Below, piece by piece: positions 26,503-38,943 of a stretch of DNA of 40,541 nt. Under the pieces are notes generated by a model. It did no database searches and had not been told where the DNA came from. It worked only from the letters and a program-made list of their open reading frames with translations. Positions within the stretch are counted from its first letter, which is position 1; every line of letters starts with the position of its first letter. Position numbers and translations under genes: made by a program. The stretch is taken from the NCBI GenBank assembly GCA_958009085.1, contig OY253669.1, positions 1,736,001 to 1,776,541 on the forward strand, given 5' to 3'. This stretch comes from Protoeuglena noctilucae (Eukaryota).

Positions 26503-27255
26503 CTAGTGGTGGTACGGCTCCCCACGAAGGATGGTCCACGCTCGATAGATCTGCTCCAGCAGCACCTGCGCTCGCGAAACACGCCTTGCGTGCAAATGTG
26601 ACGCGGCTGCTTGCATTTGCATCCGGACAACTGCGTGAAATCCCCTGCTCTCTCACCAGATGCGCGATTTGGTGGTTCAGGACGCACTTGGACAGCGACA
26701 GGGATCGGTTCGACCGCTCGACAACTGCCTTGCCGTGGCCAAAGGGGCCGCCGATGCAGAACTGCGGTTGCGGACGGGAGCCGCGCGATGCCGGGCCGCG
26801 CATCGCCGCGATGAACGCAAACGTTTGTCGGCGGCAGCACGCACTACCACGCGGCCGCGGCCCTCGTCTCCTGCGCCCGCCAGCAGGGCCGCGAGTCCCT
26901 CGCTGCTGATCAGCTCGCCCCGCTCGTCCAGCCGCACCACCAAATCGCCCGGAGTTAGCAGCCGCGCAACGCGCTTTCCCTCGTCCTCCTGCTGCCGCGC
27001 CGGGTCGCGCACGTTGCCCGGGTTCGGCCGCACGACGTCGGCAGAAAAGGATGTGTATCTCTGAATGCGGGACTCGTACTCGCGTGCGAGCGCGTCGGCG
27101 CCGGGCAGGGCGCCCCGGCTGACCGTGATGACGGAGATTGGGACGGCGCGCACCGCCCGGGCTCCCTGCGCGGGGCCAGACGCGCGAATCCTGCACGAGC
27201 GGCGCGGCGCAGGTGCGCAGGGGACGCGCACCCAGGCGTGCGCCCCACCGCCCAT
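26503..27255 (-). CDS. rlmH: RlmH-like SPOUT rRNA methyltransferase (23S m3-pseudouridine-1915 family), probably organellar; 3 exons
   Basis: VVRLDERGELISSEGLA, FCIGGPFGH, LSLSKCVLNHQIA and LLEQIYRAWTILRGEPYHH-stop. A TGTAA (chlorophyte poly(A)-signal-like) lies on the minus strand at ~26443-26447. Confidence 0.93.
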
Positions 27256-27370
27256 CAGCGCGGCGCGGGTCCTTCACGGACGCACTGCATTGTCTGCCAG
27301 CTGTGCAGTGCAGAGTGTCTTCTAGCAGAAGCGCGTGCCCCGTCCAGGTTTAACGGCACTGTGTCGGAGA

Positions 27371-30300
27371 CTGGCAAGGTCGACCTTGCCAGGGGGGCAA
27401 ACGTCGCTCTTCGTCAGGACCGGGGGGCACCCCCTGGTCCCTGCTCGGCAGTGGGACAGGCGGGGCTGAAAGAAGTCATTGGAAAGGTGGTCATCTGGTT
27501 CAATGGCGTCTATTCTATGGGAGGCTAGCTAGCCGCGCTTGTGTTGGCAGAGACGCCTCAGATGGCCATGGGCATGGATGTGGAACAAGCGTGTACCTCC
27601 CTCTCTGCCCCTCTGCCGGCCGAGATGTTGTACAAATTCCTCAGCGCCGTCATGTCCATCACAACCCCGCACCTCCACGCGCAACGCAGACGATAGCACG
27701 ATCCACGTCCTTTGCAGCACCGCCCCCCCCATGCGTATGGTGGCGTGGATGTCGGGCAAGAGAACCGATGTCGGGCACGGGTCCTCTTGCCTGACAACGA
27801 CGCCGTCACGCGCATGGAACAGGCGGTCAACAAGCGACATGGGTGGCGCTGCCATCTGTCGTCATATCCATCGCGGTGATTACGCTCCCCATCGCCCTCT
27901 CATCAACCCAGGACCGCTGCCTCACCGCAGTCCCCCTACCCACCGTTCCCCTAAAAGCGACGCAATTCAAGTGCGGTGATCAAACGACCAGAACACGGCG
28001 GCGCATGTGGCGCCATGTAAGTCACCACGGCGTCGCCATTCGGCCACAGTAGTAGCCACAGTAGTAGAGAACTTGGATCGCCCCGCTTCTTGGGGAGAAC
28101 GGTGGCAGGGCAGGCTGTACCCAGGAGACACAGCCGTGCCCTGCTGTGGAGAGGACAACAGGGATCGCCGCTGTCGCCCGTGGCGGCAGAGGCACTCCCC
28201 GTCATCCTGGCCACAAGAAGCACCGCAGTAACCACTGTTGTACAGTCCACCCGTGGGACCGCGTCGCTTGTCGAGAGAAAGAGAACGGTGGGAGGGTGCC
28301 TTGCACGACGCAGACGGCGGTTCAGTGTTGGGGGGGCGACAGCGACATGCCAGGCACGCCGTGGCGCGAGCATCCTTGTGGGTCCTGGATGTGACACGGC
28401 AGGTCCAGAGTACCCACCATGTCGCGCCCAGCACCCAGAACGAATGGTCGCGCCACGGCGTGTCCGTGACGGTGATCGGGGGCCCCGACGGTCGTCTCCC
28501 CTTTGGCTGGCCGACGCACGCATCCTGGGGGCAAGGGGCGAGGCGCGGGACATGTGGGGGGTGCAAGGGGCATAAAAGGTCGCACGGATGAACTCGCACA
28601 GTTGGGCGGGTGGCATGACGAAGCAGCGATGCGGCATGGATAAGTAAGACACTCATAGGTCCACTTGTTTCCCTCGCAAAGCGGCGGCGTCCCTGTTGCC
28701 CTGCATACCGTCGTCGTGACCATCAACATGCTCATCCAACATGCCCCCATCATCGAGACGCAGCTCACCCTCGGTAGGTACATCGCCACTGACACCACCG
28801 CATCTTGCGTGACCATCCGACGGCGACGTTGCGCTCCCTCTCGTTGACAACATCGTCCACCATTTGAGGCCAGACGCCCTGTTGAAGGACGGGAAAAGCG
28901 TTCCGAAACTACGGGGATGCGAGTGGACGCCGTCGCGGTGGTCGATACCATCACGATGGCATCAACTTGCACCTCCATCTCCCCGGAAACACCTTTGTCG
29001 GCCTTCTTCGGGACATCTGGCCTGACATGGTCCACGATGCTCCCCACGAAACGGCGCTCCCTTACATGAGTGAAGCCTTGCGTGTTGTGCAGGCGGTGTC
29101 CTGCGGCAGAGGGGAGGGTGTGGGTGTGCGTGGGCGAGAGGGGGGCTGGTGGACGGGGCATGTGAGTGAAAGGGTGGTGGGGCAGAAGCGAGGGCATGTG
29201 TGTGTGCGACAGCGGGGCTGCCGGATGGGGCGTGTGGCCGCCGACAACACTGCTAGCCCTCGAAGCCACCGCAGCTGTCCTCCCCTTGACCAGAGATGAC
29301 GGCGCAGGCGAGGCCCCACTCACCGTGTCACGGTGTGGTGGCGCCTGCTCCAATCCCACCTTCCGCCCGGGGCGTTCGTCTGTCGATTCGTTGTTCCCAC
29401 AATGATCATCGTGAATGCCGGCGTGGCTGCAACCACGGTGGTCACATACACGCCGGCTTGGAGAACGATCATCGTGGGAACGACGAGTGGATTAGCGGAA
29501 GCCCCCGCGTCACCAGGGATCGTGCAGAGCCTGTTGTGTTCGGGCCTACCCAGGGGCTGGGTACCCATGCCACCACGGCAGTTGCAAACGGCGATTCGTG
29601 GCGCTCTCACCTTCTCTTTCCGTCAATCGCGCGCCCTTGGCCCACGCCTCTTCCCCGCCCCCACCCGCAGTCTGTCACCTCCGCATTACGCGTCGATGAC
29701 GAACTCTGGGCAAGGGCAGAAAGAAAGAACGGGCCAAAGGCGGCGACACCGAGCCAGGCACCTCCAACGCCACTCCATCCCAACCCCACACAACACGCTC
29801 ACCTCTCCCCCGACCGCCGTCGTGGCCGTGCCTGCTGCCGGGAGTGTGGAACGGCAGCAGCCGCCGCGGCTCTACGCGAAGATAACTACTCGGCAAAGCC
29901 AGGGGGCGTGGCCTCGTGGCTCAGCGAAGTGGTCATGCTCGTGTGGAGCCGCGGTGGCTGCTGCGCCCGTGCTCCTGACTGCGCCGGGCCGCCCGGGGCG
30001 GGCCAGCGGACAAGCGCTCCCTGGCCGGGCTGGCCGGAGGCGGGGACGCACTGGTGCTAGTGCGTATCGGTCTGGCACAGGGTAGGTGGCCTGCCCCAGG
30101 CACAGACGGAGTCGCCCTAGCTCACGCACCAGTCGGGCCCCGCCTCTGCCCCCACCTTCATCCCCAAGCTCGCCACCGCCTCCTGCAAAGGGGGGCAGGG
30201 GGGCTCGAGGCGGTGCCGGCGCTAGCTCGTAAAGGGCGATGCGGGCTAGGGGACGATGACAAGGCGGGTTTCGAATCGTCCTCCCATCCCCGCCTTGAGC

Positions 30301-31760
30301 ATACCCGCCGGTCCCCCAGGGGGGCCCATTCCCCGTGGGGCCCACTCTTCCCGGAACTTCTTGGGCTGCAGGTGGAGGGCGTGCACGTGGAGGCGGTGAA
30401 CCGCGACTCCCGAGACATGAAGCTCTGCGCGTCTGCACTGGGACGCGTGGCACGTGGCACTCACCGCGCCGGGGCAGTGGTTGGTTCGCGGTGTGCAGAG
30501 CGTTGAAGGCGCACCGCAGGACCAACGAGCAACGCTTCACCCTCTACAAGCTCCCCGACTGCCAGCCGCGCGCGTTGGAGGCCTACGTGTCATTCAACAT
30601 GCAAGAGGCGATCGTCCAATACCTCGTTAACCTCAAGAACATCACCCGGGCGCCGTTCGGGGACCCGTGCCGGGGCACAGGATCTCCGTGCACAGAGCAT
30701 TCCAGACGCCCTGTGCACCGCGAACCACTGTTCCGGCGCGGGTCCCGGAAAGGCAACCCGGTGATGTTCTTGAGGCTCATGAGGTATCTGACGACCGCCT
30801 CCAACGGCGCGGCTGGGACTCAGGGAGCTTGCGCAGGGCGTACGTCGGAGAGCATCGCCTTCTAAGGGGGATCCTCGGCTTTCCCGCAAGCGCATGAACG
30901 CGCGTGCCGGCGCCAGCAGCTGCGCCGGTGCAGATCACCTAAGCAGGTCCCCGAATCTCGCCGTGCTCTATGTGGCGAGCTTCATGAGGAAATCCCCGTC
31001 TGCGTTGACGGACCACTGGGTGTCCAGCAAGAGCCCTGCTTGACACGAGGGTTCTTGCTCGACACCCAGTGGTCCATGGACGCAGACTTGGCTTTTCTCA
31101 TGAAGCTCGCTTGAAGGAGCCCCGGGCCGTCGACCTTCGCTAGTACATTGCGTCACAGATCCCGTCGCCTTCGACAACCGCATGCATGGCGCTGTCCCAT
31201 AACGCCTGCAGGTAGGGGTCGTGATGGGACGCCGCTCGCGGGGTCGATGGGTCTGGCGGCCGACCTGGAGTTGCGCACGACGCAGCGGTGGCATGTCAGG
31301 GGGAAAAGTGAGCTTAACGCACGCTTAGACTGGCCGGACTGCTGGACTACCCTACCCTAATGGATTGGCGTTATGCGCGCGGCCGCGCATGTCACCGGCA
31401 CGGGGCACCAATCCATCGCAGATCCCCGGTCGTCGCCTCACTCCGTCCGCACCAGGAAACGAAGTGCGGCGTCCCGGAGCCCGTTAAATTTCAGAGCGAC
31501 TCGCTCTGAAACCTAACGTCCACTCAGGAGGCCCGATGCATCGCAATCTACGACCATGATCTGCGGCCACTTGGATCGTCGGGCATCGTGTGACCCCGGA
31601 GTGGACGCCAGGTCCTGGAGCGACCCGCAGACCTCGTTGGCTGTGGCAACGCGTCCGTCGATCTGCGACAAAGGGCGCGCTGGCGTCACGGTCGCGCAGA
31701 GACGTGCGTTGTAGTGGGATGAGCTGCGGGGGGCAATTTCGTCCTCCACACGCGCTCCGC
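27371..31760 (+). ncRNA. Putative polycistronic hairpin (pri-miRNA-like) or structured non-coding RNA locus with at least 8 long imperfect stem-loops
   Basis: Inverted-repeat arms paired by eye at 27729-27817, 28353-28464, 29368-29507, 29841-29975, 30032-30150, 30540-30838, 30975-31110 and 31156-31255. No recognisable protein or multi-exon coding structure. Several stems have more G-U-compatible differences on the + strand. Confidence 0.6.
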
Positions 31761-31799
31761 CCGCTCCCAGCAAGATGGCTGTGTTGACATTTCACACAG

Positions 31800-32165
31800 T
31801 TCGGTTCCCGGGCGCCTCGTTCGTGAACGCGCCCCCCTGCTCCATTTGCCCCGTCCGCACCTGGAAGCGGCGTCCGTTCACGCGCTTCACTCGTCTCCTG
31901 CTGGCAGGCCAGGTCGCGAATGTTCCCCGAGTCCTGCCGCACGACCTCGGCCGAAAAGGCCTCGCGATCACGCGCCAGCGCGTCCACGCAGGGACGGGCG
32001 CCTTGGCGGGCGCCCCACCGCCCATCAGCGCGGCACAGGTCCTGTACGGACGCATTGCGTAGTCCGCTGGCCGTGCAGAGCGTCTTCAGCGCGTACGTCG
32101 CCGTCTACCTTCACGTTCCAGGCGAAGAGACTGGCGAGGTCTGCCAGGAGCGTGGGGGCCCAAAG
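31800..32165 (-). pseudogene. Degenerate partial duplicate of rlmH exon 1 and its upstream region
   Basis: 31880-31960 aligns to ~26968-27050 (FSAEVVRQDSGNIRDLACQQE vs FSADVVRPNPGNVRDPARQQE). GCGCCCCACCGCCCATCAGCGCGGC occurs at ~27240 and ~32010, and GAGACTGGC(A/G)AGGTC at ~27367 and ~32127. The copy has an internal deletion and frameshifts. Confidence 0.85.
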
Positions 32166-32312
32166 ACTGAATTGTGCATATGCGAGCGAAAAGAGGGACA
32201 ATCTTTTGATGTTCTTGGCCAGCGGGAGTCACTTTTGCTGAGCTAATTCCTGTATTTTACCCCCTTATGAAGTCCACTGCGCCCTGCGCAGTCCCGGAGG
32301 CGCATTCTCGTT

Positions 32313-35300
32313 ATGATTCTGTACGGCAAAGCCTGGTGGGGCATCCCACTCCTGTTCCGCGTCTATGGCTCAGCGCTCCCGCGGGCCCAGCCCTTCGCCA
32401 TCATCGCCGTGGTCGAGAACGTCCTGCTGACGCAATTTGCAGGTCCAATTGCTATTCTTGTGCTCGTACGCTGCACATCTGTGCTCATACTTTCTCTGTG
32501 GCCGTGCCGCTTTCCGCGACGCCGCCCCCGCGATTCGCGGCTGCAGACAAGCGGGCCGAGCTCTGGTGGCGGCACCCGTATCCCTTCGCGGCTTTCGCCT
32601 GGGTCGTCGGATTCGTGCTCGTCTTCCGGAGCAATAATGCATATACGCGCTACTTCGAGGCCCTGAGCAGCTTCCACAACATGACGGGCGAGTAGCACAG
32701 CATGCGCATCGTGCACGCCGCCAGCTGCGCCATCCCCGCCGCCCCTCCTCCCCCGCCCTCGCTGCGACGGGCAGGACGCTGGGCACACGGTGACATCCCA
32801 CGCGTTAATATCCCCGTCTGCCCCGCGCTCCCGCAGGTCGCCTGACGGCGCTGGTGACCATGGGCCTTTCCTATGACCTCGACTTAGAGACGCAGAAGCG
32901 CCGGGAGGACCATTTCCGATTCCAGCAGCGCCTCATCCACTCCGCCAGCCTCTTCCTGGGACTGTCAGTGCAGGTGTGCCTCCCAAGCGCATGCGCTCTC
33001 ACCCACTCCCACCCTCGCACTCAACCTCACCTCTCCTCACCCCTCACGTGTTCTCCCCATCCTCAGGCCCTGCGCCTGGACTGGGACCTGGCCAACGTCG
33101 TGCAGCACGAGGGCTCCAAGCCTCCCCCCCTGGACACCTTAGTCCTTCCCGATGTGGGCCGGTTCAACCGCAACCACTGGGTGTTCCGACCACGCGACAT
33201 CGTGCTGCTCAGGTGACATGACGGGGCAAGCAGGGCTGCCCACATAGACTAGACTGTCATGTCGCTTTCTGTGACCCACGGATGTGCCACGACTGTCACG
33301 ACTGCGCCTGTAGTTTGACGCCGGTGGCCTTGCTCGTACACATGGTGTACATGTTGCATGCGGCAAAGATGAACAGCCCATCATCCACCCATCCCCATGC
33401 ATCTCTCCCGCCCCCCCAGGTCCAGTCGCGAGGACCGCCGCAAGTTCAACCAGGGCCTCCCCGTGCCCGTGCTGGGGGGACTGCTCCCCGAGGAGGCCAG
33501 CGAGCTGAGGGCGGGAGCCACGAGCGGGGACCTGCAGGACGACTTCTACGACTCCAACGCCGCAGGCGAGGGGGAGGGGTGGGGTGGGTGATAGCAATTG
33601 AGTGAGGCAGGCGAGGGGGAGGGAGTGGGGGTGGGGGTGGGGGTGATAGCAAGCGAATGTGGCGGGCGAGGGGTGGGGTGGCATGTGGAGTGCAGCACGG
33701 GTTGCACCAAATCCTGTAGAAGTTCCCGCTTGATCGTGTCTCTCATCCCACGCCACCCTCTCCCCGTCTCTGCAGAGCGCCCCAGCGTGGCTGCCATGTG
33801 GCTCATCGACGTGCTGACTGAGAGGCGGGCGGAGGGGGGACTGGGGGTGCCGGCACCCATACAGACTAGGATGGACCAACAGCTCGGGGAGGTGAGGCTG
33901 TCTGGTTGTCGTCGTGACTGGGTGTGGGACCGTTGGGTGTGATTGCATCGGTGTGCACGCATGCGTGCGTGCATGCGTTCGGTCACTCCCACCGTAGCCA
34001 TGGCTCCACTCCCTTATCGCCAATCATGTTTCCCACTTCATGTGCTATTCTAGTGCAATCACTCCACACCTCATCCCTTCCCCCCAGGTCCTGGTGGCGT
34101 ACGAGCAGTGCCGCAAGATCGCACAGATGCCCTTTCCCTTTCCAACCACTCAGTTCCTGCTCGTCATCCTCGTCATCTACGCACTCTCGACGGTGAGACA
34201 CGGCAGGGACTGCGGGCGGGGGGCTAAGGGTCAAAATAGCTGGCAGCGTGAGACTGGGGGACGGAGCAGGTGGGTGCAAGGGGGGTGCGGTGTGGCGCAG
34301 GAAGGCTTTGTGTGGTTGTTTCGTCTCCAGTGGTCGCATTGGTGCTATCCTAACGACCATGCTGTCCTTGTCCCCGCAGCCCATATTGATGGCTGGGTGG
34401 GTGCCGTCGAGGTGGCTGTCGGCCGTGTTGACTTACATCGCCGTCGTCACCTACTGGAGCGGTAAGCAGGGGTGATGGGCATGTATGACTCGCATGCTGC
34501 TGACTGTTGTCACGCTCTGGAGTGGTGAGCACGGGCGTCGATGTGGTTTGCATGCTTTAGAGCCTCAATAGTAATACTAAGGCGATGTGCTGCTTTTGGC
34601 TCCCATGCGTGGCCGCTCCCACTCAAATGCCCATCTCCCACGCCCATGCCCCTCGTCCCGTGTCTCCAGTCAATGAAATTGCGAGAGACATCGAGGACCC
34701 TTTCCTATACGACCCCAACCACCTGCCCGTGACACGACTGCTGGTGAGCAATGGTGCATGCAGATGACATGGGACTGCTGGTGAGAGGGGACGCATGCAG
34801 ATGGCACGCCCCTCCACGTGCATCCATCCATGCACTCACACCCATCCACCCATCCACTCTGCTATCATGCACTCACATATCTTATCTCTGTTACTCACAC
34901 GCAGTACCAGTTCAACGAGCGCCTGATGCACCTGTGCCGGGCGCGCAGCCGCGTCATCCCCGTGTCTCGATTGGAGGGTCGCGAGATCGAGGGGCTGGTG
35001 CGGTTCGGGCAGACCAAGGCATTCGAGACGCACGGGAGCAGCCCAGAGATGCTCAAGGCGAGGGCAAAGGCTGCGACTGTGGTTGCAATGCAACCGTGAC
35101 TGTTTACTGCCAAGGTCTTCCCCACTGCCAGCCCCACCCCCACTGCCACCCTCACGGTGCACGAGGCTCCTTTTGCTGGGTGGTAGTAATCTTGGCCGAT
35201 TGCAATCCCCACCGCTCTCGCTCCTCGTCCCCGCAGCGTTACATGGCTCAGGTGGACAGCAGCTTCGCCAGCCGCGCCCCCGTGCACCCGGCAGCCGACG

Positions 35301-35458
35301 CGGTCATTAGGGAAGACGATCACATGTGGGGGGGAGGGGCAGCGGGGGAGGGGGGCAACGGGGAGGGGGAGGGGGCGGCCAGCAGAAATCGACGGTTCAG
35401 TGGGGTGACGACGACCAAGACGGGCGGCAAGTACAGCACGGTGTCGTCGGAAGCTTAG
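32313..35458 (+). CDS. Bestrophin-like (UPF0187/YneE/VCCN-BST type) anion channel; about 11 exons
   Basis: GFVLVFRSNNAYTRYFEA, CRKIAQMPFPF and VNEIARDIEDPF..DPNHLP motifs plus hydrophobic helices. Three GC donors. Confidence 0.88.
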
Positions 35459-35839
35459 TTGACATGCATGGAATGAGTATATGCAAGCATGAGAACAGAC
35501 AACCACAGCAGGGGATCGGAGCGGTGGGGCCAGCCGCAGCGTGCCTCAGCGTCCGCTGTTCGTGGCGGTGGGATTGATAGCGGGCGTGCGGCTGACCTAA
35601 CCGTGCCAGGCTGCCTTGCGGATGCACGCCCGGTAGACTGTGAAGGGAAGACGTCTTTGTAGCATTGGAGCCTGCATGGGCGCCACAGCTGTCAGCCCCG
35701 GTGTCACAAGCAGGTAGGGTTTTGGACTCCCCTGGCCCTTTCGAGCCTTCCTTTGGCAAGCAAGACATCACAGCTGTCGTCAGCATTGGGAATCTCTGAG
35801 TCTCAGCCCCACTCTCGCGCGAGTGGCTTCAGGGCACCC

Positions 35840-38257
<2,418 letters not shown>

Positions 38258-38943
38258 CTTCCTGCCAGCCGCCGTGGATTGAGGCGTTTTGCGCGCGAGC
38301 GCTTTTTAAATCGGATTTTCAGACTCGACGTGTACAGTTCTTTCTGATTGGATTGCCCGATGTTGCGAAATACTGCCCAGGGAAAGCCCCTGTAGGGAAG
38401 TCGTCACCATGACCGATCGCGGCTATCCAAGGGGCCCGGGCACCGCCACCTGGGTCATATGCAATGGTTTCGAAGTCTCATGCGAGCTGCCAACAATCAG
38501 GCCCCGAGCACGCGTGGAGCGAGTAGTGGCTCGCTATGAGCCACTACAGGAACAAGGTGTGCGGTCCGTGGCGGCCTTTGGATGCAGTGATGGACTGCCT
38601 TGCCATGGGAAAGGCTGAGACGCCTCGAGTGCGTCCATCGCGTGAAAAGACTTTCGCACGCGCGCCTTCCCCCTGAGGGGCTTTGTGGCTCGTCGGTGGC
38701 CCGCCAGGCAAGGTATTCCTGCCGCTAATTTGCACGACTGCGCGGTTTATGCATGACTCGCCCAGCCTTGGTGTCTCGGCGCGCCTCTGGCCCTGGTCTG
38801 GTCGAAGGGGCCAGTGCCCTCCATGCCCCGCACCGGCGCCCCCTGCGCGCGCCATCCACGCCGCGTCCGCTGCGCAGCTTTGTATTGTGCACTGCGTGTG
38901 GCCGTCTCTGAGCTTTCAGAGCCCGCGAAGCCCCGCGCGCGAG

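Noticed and set aside
30054..30506. GDD in ORF 30054..30506 (RCGLGDDDKAG) as an RdRp or reverse transcriptase motif of an endogenised RNA virus or retroelement
   Set aside because: No recognisable motif A or B upstream, the ORF is short and interrupted, and GDD is common by chance. A profile HMM search of all six frames of 27400-31800 would settle it.
31337..31350. CTACCCTACCCTAA as a telomerase RNA template within the structured island
   Set aside because: It is not a perfect >1-repeat complement of TTAGGG (CTAACCCTAA would be expected) and no supporting elements were recognised.
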